Assembly: GCA_945935525.1 (NCBI GenBank)
Contig: CAMERI010000002.1
Coordinates: forward strand, 188,482 to 252,481
Direction: 5' to 3'
Source: an uncultured bacterium
GTDB taxonomy: Bacteria > Bacillota_I > Bacilli_A > RF39 > UBA660
DNA: 64,000 nt
Position 1 is the first letter of the stretch. Each line of letters opens with the position of its first letter. Below the pieces are notes generated by a model. It searched no databases, was not told the DNA's origin, and saw only the letters and a list, made by a program, of their open reading frames with translations. The translations under genes and the position numbers were made by a program. Below, one piece after another: positions 51,399 to 61,262 of this stretch.

Positions 51399-51947
51399 TT
51401 ACATATTGCTTATTATGTTTTTAATAATTAAATTTATTGATTCAATAACAAAATTATAATTGTTTCGATTTATTTCGGTTCTTATTTCATCAGTATCTAT
51501 ATTTATTCTTGATATTATTTCTTCATTTAAGTTTCTATTATCATACACAAAAATTAATGACTTTATGTTCTCTATAAAATTATTTGAAATATTTTTAGGA
51601 AAGTTTTGTTGATTTTTCTTCGATATTTTTTCTATGAGTTTTACAGTAGACGCCTTAATTTCTGAAGTGTTACTCTTTTTTTCAACAAATTGTTGAATTA
51701 TTTTCTCATATTTTTCTAATAAGTTAATATATTTATCAATTATCTCTTCATTATTTTCAAACATTCCATTTACTAAGTTTTCTTCTATACTTTTGTTTAT
51801 AATATTTTTATTAAATGGTATAGTATATTTTTCAAATATTTTTACCATACGACTCGAAAGTCTATTTTGATATGCTACAATTAAAAAATTGTTATCTTTG
51901 ATAACATCATTAGCATTACTTTTAAGTTTTTCTATTATACTTTTCAT
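51399..51947 (-). CDS. hypothetical protein (182 aa)
   Basis: ORF only; no recognisable motif. Confidence 0.3.
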   Translation of the reverse strand: MKSIIEKLKSNANDVIKDNNFLIVAYQNRLSSRMVKIFEKYTIPFNKNIINKSIEENLVNGMFENNEEIIDKYINLLEKYEKIIQQFVEKKSNTSEIKASTVKLIEKISKKNQQNFPKNISNNFIENIKSLIFVYDNRNLNEEIISRINIDTDEIRTEINRNNYNFVIESINLIIKNIISNM

Positions 51948-52068
51948 ATTTTTATATTAACACTAAATAAGTCATTTTTTTACCTTTTTATATAAATTTA
52001 ACAATTAATTTACTTTTTTGAAGTGTTTTATTCTTTGGTGTCTAATTATAATATTAGGGAGGAATAAA

Positions 52069-52794
52069 ATGAATGATATATTTTCAGAACTAATATTCAA
52101 GTTTACTATTATAAAACGAAAAGGTTTTGTAAAATCATTATATTATGATAGTGGTGCAGCAGGAAAAATGTTTGAAACCCTGCTAAACAAAAAACTTGAC
52201 AATAAATGTTTGCCTGATTTTGAATCGATTGAAATTAAAACATTATCAAATTCTAACAAATATCCAATTACACTTTTTAGCTGTTTGCCTGTAAAAAATG
52301 GATATACACCAGGCAAAGTTATAGAATATTTATTAAATAATTATGGATATAATAAAGACATTGATTGTAAATGTTTAATGATAAATGTTAAAGATGGCAA
52401 AATTAAATACTGTAAAAATAAATTTGGATTCATGATTAAAGTTTCAAATAAATGGAAGAAAATTTACCTTTGTATTTTTTATAAGAATAAAATATTTGAT
52501 ACAAGCATTCATTGGAATTTTAATGAAATTCACAATATTTTTAATACAAAATTAAAACATTTAGTTTGTGTAAAATATATACAAAATATCACTCACAGTG
52601 ATAAAATGTTTTATTATTATAATATTAATTGCTATGTTCTTAAATCATTTGATGACGTTTTGTTTGCAATTAAAAAAGGTATTATTACAATTAATTTTAA
52701 CTTTTCTATTTCAAATGGAATTGTTAAATATCATGGGATTAATTTTGTTATATATGAAAACGACTTACCTTTCATTTATAAAAAAATTATGTAA
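52069..52794 (+). CDS. MutH/Sau3AI-family PD-(D/E)xK endonuclease (orphan; no methyltransferase partner in the window)
   Basis: GAAGKMFETLLN...LPDFESIEIKT matches the MutH/Sau3AI motifs (G..G.LE; D-x6-E-x-K); GGGAGGA RBS before the ATG at 52069. Confidence 0.55.
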   Translation: MNDIFSELIFKFTIIKRKGFVKSLYYDSGAAGKMFETLLNKKLDNKCLPDFESIEIKTLSNSNKYPITLFSCLPVKNGYTPGKVIEYLLNNYGYNKDIDCKCLMINVKDGKIKYCKNKFGFMIKVSNKWKKIYLCIFYKNKIFDTSIHWNFNEIHNIFNTKLKHLVCVKYIQNITHSDKMFYYYNINCYVLKSFDDVLFAIKKGIITINFNFSISNGIVKYHGINFVIYENDLPFIYKKIM

Positions 52795-52833
52795 TTGTAA
52801 AATTTACAAAATTTAAATTTCATTTTCTTATGT

Positions 52834-52856
52834 AAAAAAAGTTCCTAAATAGGAAC
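52834..52856 (-). terminator. Rho-independent terminator closing the 12-tRNA array
   Basis: GTTCCT-aaat-AGGAAC followed on the minus strand by TTTTTTT. Confidence 0.55.
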
Positions 52857-52868
52857 TTTGACGACTAA

Positions 52869-52945
52869 TGGTCGGGAAGACAGGATTTGAACCTGCAACC
52901 CCTTGGTCCCAAACCAAATGCTCTACCAAGTTGAGCCACTTCCCG
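52869..52945 (-). tRNA. tRNA-Pro (TGG)
   Basis: Cloverleaf; anticodon loop TTTGGGA; encoded CCA. Confidence 0.85.
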
Positions 52946-52951
52946 ATCTAA

Positions 52952-53028
52952 TGGTGCGCCCAATAGGAGTCGAACCCATAACCTTTTGATCCGTAGTCAA
53001 ATGCTCTATCCAATTGAGCTATGAGCGC
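52952..53028 (-). tRNA. tRNA-Arg (ACG)
   Basis: Anticodon loop CTACGGA; acceptor stem GCGCTCA/TGGGCGC. Confidence 0.85.
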
Positions 53029-53095
53029 GTTTAAATTTCCCTCGGAATCGCTTTGAAATTTTCTGTCTTGCATTTGTATTATTAATTTAACAAAA

Positions 53096-53171
53096 TGGTG
53101 GCTTCAGTTGGAATCGAACCAACGACACCAAGATTTTCAGTCTTGTGCTCTGCCAACTGAGCTATGAAGCC
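53096..53171 (-). tRNA. tRNA-Phe (GAA)
   Basis: Anticodon loop CTGAAAA. Confidence 0.85.
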
Positions 53172-53174
53172 ATT

Positions 53175-53250
53175 TGGCGGTTCCGACGGGACTTGAACCC
53201 GCGATCCCTCGCGTGACAGGCGAGTGTGATAACCACTACACCACGGAACC
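53175..53250 (-). tRNA. tRNA-Asp (GTC)
   Basis: Anticodon loop CTGTCAC; discriminator G. Confidence 0.85.
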
Positions 53251-53253
53251 ATT

Positions 53254-53330
<77 letters not shown>

Positions 53331-53358
53331 ATATTTGAAATTCACTGTACTTATCATA

Positions 53359-53451
53359 TGGCGGAGGAAAAGGGATTCGAACCCCTGCGCCAATTTCTTG
53401 ACCTCCCGGTTTTCAAGACCGGTCCCTTCAACCAGACTTGGGTATTCCTCC
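53359..53451 (-). tRNA. tRNA-Ser (TGA)
   Basis: Long variable arm; anticodon loop CTTGAAA; discriminator G. Confidence 0.85.
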
Positions 53452-53466
53452 AATAATATTTAAAGT

Positions 53467-53555
53467 TGGTGCCCCAGATCGGACTTGAACCGATATGAGC
53501 TTTTACACTCGCAGGATTTTAAGTCCTGTGCGTCTACCTATTCCGCCACTGAGGC
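53467..53555 (-). tRNA. tRNA-Leu (TAA)
   Basis: Long variable arm; anticodon loop CTTAAAA; Leu-type D-arm. Confidence 0.85.
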
Positions 53556-53563
53556 ACATAAAT

Positions 53564-53639
53564 TGGTGTCTCGCTGGGGATTCGAACCCCAGACCCCTTG
53601 ATTAAAAGTCAAGTGCTCTACCGGCTGAGCTAGCGAGAC
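53564..53639 (-). tRNA. tRNA-Lys (TTT)
   Basis: Anticodon loop CTTTTAA. Confidence 0.85.
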
Positions 53640-53658
53640 GTTCTATATGATAAATTTT

Positions 53659-53734
53659 TGGTTGCCTCGGCTGGATTCGAACCAGCGGAATGCAAGAGTC
53701 AAAGTCTTGTGCCTTACCACTTGGCTACGAGGCA
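53659..53734 (-). tRNA. tRNA-Gln (TTG)
   Basis: Anticodon loop CTTTGAC; U1-A72 as usual for Gln. Confidence 0.85.
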
Positions 53735-53744
53735 AAATTACAAG

Positions 53745-53828
53745 TGGTGGAGAGAGGTGGATTCGAACCACCGAACCCGAAGGAACAGATTTACAGTCTG
53801 CCGCGTTTAGCCTCTTCGCTATCTCTCC
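53745..53828 (-). tRNA. tRNA-Tyr (GTA)
   Basis: Long variable arm; anticodon loop CTGTAAA. Confidence 0.85.
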
Positions 53829-53831
53829 AAG

Positions 53832-53907
<76 letters not shown>

Positions 53908-53912
53908 AATTA

Positions 53913-53989
53913 TGGTGGGCGATGAGAGACTCGAACTCCCGACCCCCTGCTTGTAAGGCAGATGCTCTAACCAACTGAGCTAATCGCCC
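53913..53989 (-). tRNA. tRNA-Val (TAC)
   Basis: Anticodon loop CTTACAA; acceptor stem GGGCGAT/ATCGCCC. Confidence 0.85.
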
Positions 53990-54016
53990 ATAATATTTCT
54001 CCTGCTGACGCTATTA

Positions 54017-54045
54017 AATATAACATTTATTAGTTTTGATGTCAA
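54017..54045 (-). promoter_or_regulatory. sigma-A-type promoter of the 12-tRNA array
   Basis: TTGACA, 17-nt spacer, TATATT on the minus strand, about 20 nt upstream of the tRNA-Val 5' end. Confidence 0.5.
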
Positions 54046-54074
54046 TACAAAATATAAGATTTTTTAAATATATT

Positions 54075-54422
54075 TTATTTTTTTTCGATTTCTTCCATCT
54101 TTTCTTTTATCCATTCACTCAAATTTTGCTTTAATGGTTCAAATCCTTTTCCTTTTTCTTCTATACCTTTTCTTTTGGTTTGCTTACCTATTTTCTTTAT
54201 TGATAGCTTAACTTGCAATTTATTTTCATCAATTGATAATACTTTTACTCTTATTAAATCTCCTATCTTAAATATGTTATTTAAATCTTCTATATATTTA
54301 TTTGATACCTCTGATATATGTATCATTCCGGTATAATTATCTTCTAGGCTAACAAATACTCCATATTTTGTCACGCCAGTAATTTGTCCCTCAACTATCT
54401 TACCTATTTTTATATTGCTCAT
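54075..54422 (-). CDS. S1 RNA-binding domain protein (YabR / general stress protein 13-like)
   Basis: S1 fold motifs GKIVEGQITGVTKYGVFV...GMIHISE. Confidence 0.75.
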   Translation of the reverse strand: MSNIKIGKIVEGQITGVTKYGVFVSLEDNYTGMIHISEVSNKYIEDLNNIFKIGDLIRVKVLSIDENKLQVKLSIKKIGKQTKRKGIEEKGKGFEPLKQNLSEWIKEKMEEIEKK

Positions 54423-54456
54423 TATTTATCACCACATGTAAAGTATACCATATTTT

Positions 54457-55356
54457 TTAATCTTCTACCAACCATTTAATATATTTTTTATTTATTACTC
54501 TATTTTGAATGTATAATATAAATTGTTCCGTTTTTTTGATTCTTTTTACGTTTTCCACTATTGCTTTTTCATCCATTTTTTCTTCCAATATTTTATTCAT
54601 TCTTTCAAATGCTTCTGTCGGGAAAACAACTATTGATAAAAATATTTTCTTATCATCTTCATCTTCCAAATTTTTTTTTGCACTTTCTAATTCTTCGTAA
54701 TCTATTTCATCAATATATAACTTATACTTAAAATAATTTGCCACGTCATATAGTTTCAATGTTTTAATATATGCAAATGGGTCTACATAATTCTTGTAAT
54801 TATATTTATTTTCCTTTATTAATCTTCCTAAATATTTTTCTTTCTCTTTCGTAGCTTTTGTTTCACCCAATAATTGAATTGCATTCTCTGCTAATCCAAT
54901 ATAATAATTTGCATATTTCATTATTAATTGAAATTCCTTATTATATTTGACTATGTTTTCTTCAAAATTATCTATAATTTTTTTCCACTCATTATATATA
55001 TCGTAATTTTTTATTGTATGATCTTTGATTTCAATTGTTCCTGCTATTATGTCATTGTAATTTAATACAGTATTTTCAGCTTTATTAGCCATTAATAACG
55101 CCATTTTCCTATTTTTGTGTTTTATTGTATGTTTGCCCTGCCTATTTATCAAAAATGTCTCAGTTGGTTTGTTTTTACTATACAAATCATTTGTAAGTTT
55201 TATCAATTCGTCTATTTCTTTTTCATTGCTTTCTCCAACACTTTTAATATATATTTTTTTATCATTCACAAAAAAATAACTTTCATTTTCATTTTTATAA
55301 ATTTTATCTATTTTTAAATTATAGTTATCTTGTATTTCGTTTTTGATATATATCAC
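54457..55356 (-). CDS. hypothetical protein (299 aa)
   Basis: ORF only. Confidence 0.3.
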   Translation of the reverse strand: MIYIKNEIQDNYNLKIDKIYKNENESYFFVNDKKIYIKSVGESNEKEIDELIKLTNDLYSKNKPTETFLINRQGKHTIKHKNRKMALLMANKAENTVLNYNDIIAGTIEIKDHTIKNYDIYNEWKKIIDNFEENIVKYNKEFQLIMKYANYYIGLAENAIQLLGETKATKEKEKYLGRLIKENKYNYKNYVDPFAYIKTLKLYDVANYFKYKLYIDEIDYEELESAKKNLEDEDDKKIFLSIVVFPTEAFERMNKILEEKMDEKAIVENVKRIKKTEQFILYIQNRVINKKYIKWLVED

Positions 55357-55491
55357 CTTTTTATTTTTCTTTTATTAATCTTATTATTTTAATATCTTAT
55401 ATATTCTATTTACAGTTGCTTTTTTATTATAATTTTCCATATAAAAAGAAGATATTTATTTATCTTCTATGATTATATAATAATTATTCTA

Positions 55492-56616
55492 CTATGCCGC
55501 TAACCTCATTGTTGGTTCATTTTCTTTAGAAAGCATAGGATTTTCAAGTGTCATTGGAGAAATATCATTTGTGGCCGTTTCCACTTTACTTATATCTTCT
55601 TTTTCTAGATTCTTATTTTTTGACATTTCATTTAATAGTCCCATAAATTCTTCATAAGATGCATTGTATGCTATTTCAGTTACTTTACTAGATATTATGC
55701 TTGAAACTATACTTGCAAGTTTTTTTGCCATTTCTTGTTTTTCTGTTTCGTTCATTGTACTCAAAATTGGTGTTCTATTTTCTGATGTTTGTTGTGCCAC
55801 CGCTTGTTGTTCTATGACAGGACTGTTTGGTGTATTTAAAGGCATAAATGGTACAGGTGTAATTTCTTCTGTATGTGCTTCTAACGGTTTAATTTCTGCT
55901 CTTGGTTCAAATGACAAAGGTGCTGGTGCTGTTGGTTCTGAAGCAACATTTGCTGTATTATTTAGTGGTTCTACTGGAACAGTTTGAGCAATTGGTGCAA
56001 CTGATTTAGGAGGTATTGTAGATGTAACTGCTGCTATTGATTCAGTTGGAACTTCTATTGTATTTTCTGTTGGAGCTGGTGCAGATGCAAATAATTGTTC
56101 ATTTACTCCTGTTGGTTCTGTTGCTAGAACTTCTTGTGGTGTTGCAACTGGTTCTGCTACTGGCACAGCTATTTCTGGCACTTCAACTTTTGCTTCTGTT
56201 GGAGCAGGTATTGATTTTGTAATTTCAGCTATTGAATTTTTAATTGGTTCTGCTACCTCTTTCACAGTTGATAAATTTCCTAAATCTGTTGGAATTTCAA
56301 CATTCACTGCTTCAGTTGATATGGAATCATTCAAAGTCGGAGTTGGAATTGTTGTTGGTTGTCCTGATGTTGGTTCTTGAATAGGAACAGCTTGATTAGG
56401 GTTTGTTCCTAATACTTTTTCTGCAACCTCAGCTAAACTTTCTTTTACTTCAGGTACAAAAGCAGTTTGTTTTGATAATGGTGCAATTCCTGTTGCTGGA
56501 TTAGGTGTTATTGTTGGAGTGCCTATTCCAATTATTCTTTTGTTTGCATCATACTCTATTGTTGATACAACTATACCTTTTTCTAAGTTTTCGATTTCAC
56601 TTACCATTCTATTCAC
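55492..56616 (-). CDS. Pro/Thr/Ala/Val-rich low-complexity protein, unknown function
   Basis: Globular N-terminus followed by a long PT-rich region; terminator hairpin GAAGATA...TATCTTC at about 55440-55470. Confidence 0.35.
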   Translation of the reverse strand: MNRMVSEIENLEKGIVVSTIEYDANKRIIGIGTPTITPNPATGIAPLSKQTAFVPEVKESLAEVAEKVLGTNPNQAVPIQEPTSGQPTTIPTPTLNDSISTEAVNVEIPTDLGNLSTVKEVAEPIKNSIAEITKSIPAPTEAKVEVPEIAVPVAEPVATPQEVLATEPTGVNEQLFASAPAPTENTIEVPTESIAAVTSTIPPKSVAPIAQTVPVEPLNNTANVASEPTAPAPLSFEPRAEIKPLEAHTEEITPVPFMPLNTPNSPVIEQQAVAQQTSENRTPILSTMNETEKQEMAKKLASIVSSIISSKVTEIAYNASYEEFMGLLNEMSKNKNLEKEDISKVETATNDISPMTLENPMLSKENEPTMRLAA

Positions 56617-56907
56617 CTAACTTTCAACTATTTGTTTCATTGCTTCTTTTACTTTTTGCCATATTTGGTCATCTTTTATTCCAACCAAGCTATAAACGCC
56701 AGGTTCGTTTTCTACAAATTCTGATATATAAATTTTACTCATACCCTCACCTGCAGACTCACCCTTTGATAAAATTACAAATCTTTTATTAATTTCGTTA
56801 ATTTTGAATGCATTTACTAAATCAACTTCTTCCATAGTTCCATCCATATTTTTTATTGAAATTCTACTCATACCTTTTTCCTCTCTATTCTCATATAATT
56901 CTAACAT
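56617..56907 (-). CDS. DUF1292-family protein
   Basis: Length and central pattern (VDLVNAF...ILSKGES...YISEFVE) are typical of the Firmicutes DUF1292 family. Confidence 0.5.
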   Translation of the reverse strand: MLELYENREEKGMSRISIKNMDGTMEEVDLVNAFKINEINKRFVILSKGESAGEGMSKIYISEFVENEPGVYSLVGIKDDQIWQKVKEAMKQIVES

Positions 56908-56937
56908 ATAATAAAAATAATATCAATTAATTTGATA

Positions 56938-57228
56938 TTATTTGCCATTTTTTTCATTTGTTTTTTCCAATATAAAATACTTACAGTCATATGCACAATT
57001 TTCACTGATATATTTTTTTACATTTTCAAAATCATTTATTTTGTTTAATCCTTTATTATTTTTTTTATTAAACCCTTTTAATCTTAATTTTGAGTATGCA
57101 ATGTCTCCTACAATGTAATCATAGTTTTCAAAATAATTTGTATATCTTGCCAAAAATTCTTCTTTATCAAATGCATCCCTATAGTTTTCTTTCAATTTAT
57201 ATAAAGTGCCTTCTACTTCAATTTCCAT
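56938..57228 (-). CDS. YutD-like (DUF1027) protein
   Basis: NYRDAF...YDYIVGDIAYSKLRLKGF matches the YutD family pattern. Confidence 0.5.
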   Translation of the reverse strand: MEIEVEGTLYKLKENYRDAFDKEEFLARYTNYFENYDYIVGDIAYSKLRLKGFNKKNNKGLNKINDFENVKKYISENCAYDCKYFILEKTNEKNGK

Positions 57229-57324
57229 ACTTGTTCACCCTGGAATTTATTATATCATTTTAAATTTAATGGGTAAAGTTTATTGCTTTTATTTATATGA
57301 ATTTTTTGCATACTTGTCTTATTT

Positions 57325-58044
57325 TTATGTTCTTGCACTTATCATGCCACCATAATATTCAGGTATTTTTCCTTGAATTATTTTCGTACTAATTGGAATT
57401 TTCTTTTTAATCGTTGTTTTTTCTGAGGTGAATGGTAAAATTATTTGAATATTTATTTCAATCTCTAGTAATAGTTCTACTAATGAATTATTTATTCCAT
57501 ATTCTTTTACATTTGTTAATATATTATTTGTAGAACTACCTAGTATCTCTATTTTAAATGGAATTCTGGGTCCTATTCCAATTAAAGCTGGCTTTCCATT
57601 TATTACATTAAATGGAACTTGAAAAATAATATTCTTATTATCAAAAAAATTATTATTCAATTTATTTTTTACTATTTCATCATTACCATTTTCAATTGTT
57701 TTTATATTATTTAACATACTATAATTTACTTTATATAATATTTTATTTGTTAGTGTGTTATTAAAATTTACCCCTACGATTTCGTTACTTTCATTTTTAA
57801 CTATTTCTAACATATTATTTATTTTTTCATCTAGTATAGATTCTTTTATTGATTCATTAATTATTATCGTGGATAGTTCAACGGATTTGTTTTTTGCGTA
57901 TTCTAATAGTATTGTTTTACTTTTTTCAGTAAAAAGTTTTATCAATATGTATGTCAAGATTAGTATTATTACCAATATTAAGATTATCTTATCTTCTTTT
58001 TTTATAAATAACGACTTTCGTAATTTCATTTTTTGTCTAGTCAT
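57325..58044 (-). CDS. yunB: sporulation protein YunB
   Basis: N-terminal TM; C-terminal IGIGPRIPF...EYGINN...IILPFTSEKT...GKIPEYYGG closely parallels B. subtilis YunB. Confidence 0.65.
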   Translation of the reverse strand: MTRQKMKLRKSLFIKKEDKIILILVIILILTYILIKLFTEKSKTILLEYAKNKSVELSTIIINESIKESILDEKINNMLEIVKNESNEIVGVNFNNTLTNKILYKVNYSMLNNIKTIENGNDEIVKNKLNNNFFDNKNIIFQVPFNVINGKPALIGIGPRIPFKIEILGSSTNNILTNVKEYGINNSLVELLLEIEINIQIILPFTSEKTTIKKKIPISTKIIQGKIPEYYGGMISART

Positions 58045-58084
58045 AGTAAAGTATATAAAAAAAGAAGCTATTAATGCTTCCTTA

Positions 58085-59125
58085 TTAGATTATATTCCAT
58101 TCAAGTACTGAATTAAGTATTAAGAATGTTGTGGCTAAAAGTATTAGGATTATAAGCACGATGCCTATTTTTGCAAGTATTCCACTCTTTTTTTCACTCT
58201 TTTCTAAATCTTCAAATCCTTCAAAGTCTGTTTTGTTAAATGATATTGAGTTTGTATAAAACGACTTGTCTATACTACTGATTTTTGGAGCATCATTATC
58301 ACTCTCATCATCATTTTTATTTGTTTTAGTTTCTTCTTCATTTACTGACTTAAGTTGATATTGTTGCTTAATTCTTTCTTTTTCTAATATTAAATCTTGG
58401 GTAAGATCGTTTATTGGTTCTTTTATTGAATCTAATTCTCTTGTCATATCTAGAAGCACGTCTTTTATGTTGCTTTCATTTGCTTCGTTTTCGTCAATTG
58501 GAGCCATCACAATTGTATTTTCATTATCACCCATTAACTCTTTGAATAAATCTTTTGTATTGTCATTTGTATTAGTTTCGTTAGGCTTACTTTCTTTTGA
58601 TTTTCCATTTTGTATGTCTTGAATCAAATTAACAATTGTTTTTTCTTGAGTATTTAACTCGTCTATAGGTGAAGTGAATTCATCTTTATCTATATTTTTT
58701 TCTTTTTCTTCTTGTTCTTCTTTAATTTTTATATTCTTTAGAATATCATAGCCTGTATTATTTAGTTTCCTATGTCTTTCTTCTTCGTAATTTGATTCTT
58801 TCTTTTCTCTTGCTTGTTCTAAAACTGAGTTGATATCATATGTTCTTTGTTCTTTTCTTTCAACAACTTTTTCTTCTGGTTCAGGAAAGTCAAGAGAAAT
58901 TTTTTTTCTTTTTTGTTCCTCTTCATTATTTAATGCGTTTAAGTATTTTTTTATTTTTTCTATATCTATTTCTTTTGGCGCATCAGAAATAACACTAACA
59001 TTAGTATTAGTTTTTATTCTAGATAGTTCACTCATATCAGTAGAATTATAAATATCTTGATTTCTCTTTGTTCTACTTAAACTACCTAGTTCTGAATTTT
59101 CATATCTATCCATTCTTGAACTCAT
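58085..59125 (-). CDS. highly charged protein with a C-terminal TM anchor, unknown function
   Basis: E/K/N-rich low-complexity regions; hydrophobic C-terminus ILAKIGIVLIILILLATTFLIL; start probably MSSRMDRYE. Confidence 0.35.
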   Translation of the reverse strand: MSSRMDRYENSELGSLSRTKRNQDIYNSTDMSELSRIKTNTNVSVISDAPKEIDIEKIKKYLNALNNEEEQKRKKISLDFPEPEEKVVERKEQRTYDINSVLEQAREKKESNYEEERHRKLNNTGYDILKNIKIKEEQEEKEKNIDKDEFTSPIDELNTQEKTIVNLIQDIQNGKSKESKPNETNTNDNTKDLFKELMGDNENTIVMAPIDENEANESNIKDVLLDMTRELDSIKEPINDLTQDLILEKERIKQQYQLKSVNEEETKTNKNDDESDNDAPKISSIDKSFYTNSISFNKTDFEGFEDLEKSEKKSGILAKIGIVLIILILLATTFLILNSVLEWNII

Positions 59126-59250
59126 ATCTTTCACCAGTATAATAATAACATAAATGATGAGCAAATTCAATAAAAGTTATTTGACACTATTATAGATTTT
59201 TTGATGTTTTTAATATATAATTATTGTATAATTTATATGGAGGAAATAAA

Positions 59251-59454
59251 ATGGAAAAGATAAAAGTAAATGACACATGTATTGGATGCGGTTTATGTGT
59301 TAGTCAAAAAGAAGAATATTTTGAATTTAATGATGAAGGGCTAAGTCAAGCTAAGGATGTTCCAGTTAAAACTGAAGACAAGAAAGAACTTTTAAATATA
59401 GTTGAGAGTTGTCCAGTTGGAGCTATCGTTATTGAAGAAGAAAAAGAAGCTTAA
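59251..59454 (+). CDS. small 4Fe-4S ferredoxin
   Basis: CIGCGLC...CP cluster motif; GGAGGA RBS before the ATG at 59251. Confidence 0.7.
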   Translation: MEKIKVNDTCIGCGLCVSQKEEYFEFNDEGLSQAKDVPVKTEDKKELLNIVESCPVGAIVIEEEKEA

Positions 59455-59473
59455 TTTTTTTTGAAAGCTTCTT

Positions 59474-60202
59474 TTATTTTATGTTTACATAATTATAAAG
59501 TTGTTTTACTTCTTTTGTTGAAAGTCGTCTATATTCACCTGTTTTAAGACCTTCTAGATTGAAAAATGCATAATTTGTTCTTTTAAGTTTTATTACCTTG
59601 TGACCTAGTGCAGCAAACATATTTTTTACTTGATGATTTCTTCCTTCTGTTATAGTAAGTTCAACGTATGACTTATTATTTTTTTTATCCATTTTTTTGA
59701 GTTTTGCTCTTGCTTTTTTAGTTTTAACACCATCAAGTTCAATACCATTTTCAAGTTCATGTATTTCTTTTCCTGTTACAAGTCCACTTACTTTGGCAAT
59801 GTATGTTTTTTCAATGCTTCCTTTTGGATGAGTTAATTTATTTGTAAGTCCTCCATCGTTTGTAAGAAGCAGTAGTCCTGTTGTGTCATAGTCAAGTCTT
59901 CCGACCGGAAAGATTTTTTCATTTGTTTCAATTAAATCTACTACTGTCACTCTACCCTTGTCATCACTTACAGAGCATATAGTTTTCTCTGGTTTATAAA
60001 GTAGATAATATTCTTTTTGTTTTCTATAAACTTCCATATTTTCCACTTCTACTTCATCTTTGTCAGATACTTTTGTTCCAAGTTCACGAACAACAACACC
60101 ATTTACTTTTACTTTTCCGGCTAAAATTAATTCTTCACTTTTTCTTCTGGATGCAATACCGCAAGAACTTAAATATTTTTGTAATCTTTCCATACTTGCC
60201 AC
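59474..60202 (-). CDS. pseudouridine synthase, RsuA/RluB family
   Basis: N-terminal S4 domain; catalytic GRLDYDTTGLLLLTNDG. Confidence 0.85.
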   Translation of the reverse strand: MASMERLQKYLSSCGIASRRKSEELILAGKVKVNGVVVRELGTKVSDKDEVEVENMEVYRKQKEYYLLYKPEKTICSVSDDKGRVTVVDLIETNEKIFPVGRLDYDTTGLLLLTNDGGLTNKLTHPKGSIEKTYIAKVSGLVTGKEIHELENGIELDGVKTKKARAKLKKMDKKNNKSYVELTITEGRNHQVKNMFAALGHKVIKLKRTNYAFFNLEGLKTGEYRRLSTKEVKQLYNYVNIK

Positions 60203-60224
60203 CTCTCTTAGAGATTATACATTA

Positions 60225-61232
60225 TTATTTCCAAAATAACAATAAGTCTTTTACCTTCTTTAATCTACTTTGATATTTAAGTATATATAGTTTTTCACTA
60301 TGTATAAGATTATTATCTAAATAAACATCTACGTAATTATTATTTTTATTTAAGTTAACACTAATTTTTAATTTTTTGATTTCGTTTTTGGTAAGTAACA
60401 TATTAAAGTCATTTTTGATGAAATAATGGTCATGATTTTTATTCTTTACTTTGAATGAGAAAGTGTTTTTGTCTAATACTTTGTATCTTTCATATTCATC
60501 AAAGTATTTTTCATAAAGTTTTTTGTGTAAATTAAATTTATCACTTTCATTGATTGACGCTATTATGAGTGTTTTATTATCTTTTTTTGCTGCTGATACA
60601 TAGACTTGACCACTTGCTTTTGTGTACCCTATTTTACCACTTATTAAATATTTATAATCACTTAGTAATTTATTTTTGTTATACCAAATATAGTTATCGA
60701 CTTTGTATTTTTTGGTTCTTGTTATATTTAAAAATTCTTTATTTTTGATTGCATATCTCATTAATTTAGACATATCTTCAGCTGTTGAATAGTTTTTGGT
60801 GTCATCGTTTAGTCCATGAGGATTTTCAAAGGTTGAATTGTGCATACCAAGTTTATGTGCTTTTAAATTCATTTGAGCTATAAAGTTATCATAGGACATT
60901 ATTTTGGATGCAATTATCATAGCAGCATCGTTTCCACTTTGAAGCATTAGTCCATGTAGTAAATCATTTAATGTAAATGTTTTGCCTTCCCTCACATATA
61001 TCATCGAACCATTTACTGTTTGTATTTCTTTTCCTACCTTTAATTTATCAGATAACTTTGCATTTTCAAGAGCAATTATAGTTGTCATTATTTTTGTGGT
61101 AGATGCAATCAGTTTTCTTTCACTTTTGTTCTTGCTATAAAGTATCCTTCCAGAGTCTGCATCCATTACTACTATTGATGCTTTAACATTTATGCATAAT
61201 AAAAAGATTAATACTAGTAATATTTTTTTCAT
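60225..61232 (-). CDS. serine-type D-Ala-D-Ala carboxypeptidase (DacB/DacF-like)
   Basis: Signal peptide; SxxK (ASTTKIMT) and SGN motifs. Confidence 0.8.
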   Translation of the reverse strand: MKKILLVLIFLLCINVKASIVVMDADSGRILYSKNKSERKLIASTTKIMTTIIALENAKLSDKLKVGKEIQTVNGSMIYVREGKTFTLNDLLHGLMLQSGNDAAMIIASKIMSYDNFIAQMNLKAHKLGMHNSTFENPHGLNDDTKNYSTAEDMSKLMRYAIKNKEFLNITRTKKYKVDNYIWYNKNKLLSDYKYLISGKIGYTKASGQVYVSAAKKDNKTLIIASINESDKFNLHKKLYEKYFDEYERYKVLDKNTFSFKVKNKNHDHYFIKNDFNMLLTKNEIKKLKISVNLNKNNNYVDVYLDNNLIHSEKLYILKYQSRLKKVKDLLLFWK

Positions 61233-61262
61233 ATTATATCTTATGTTTTCTATTACAAAATA

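Noticed and set aside
53467-53555. Suspected an 8-nt anticodon loop in tRNA-Leu(TAA)
   Set aside because: A careful recount of the sequence blocks gives the normal 7-nt loop CTTAAAA and an 89-nt tRNA. My first count had duplicated one base.
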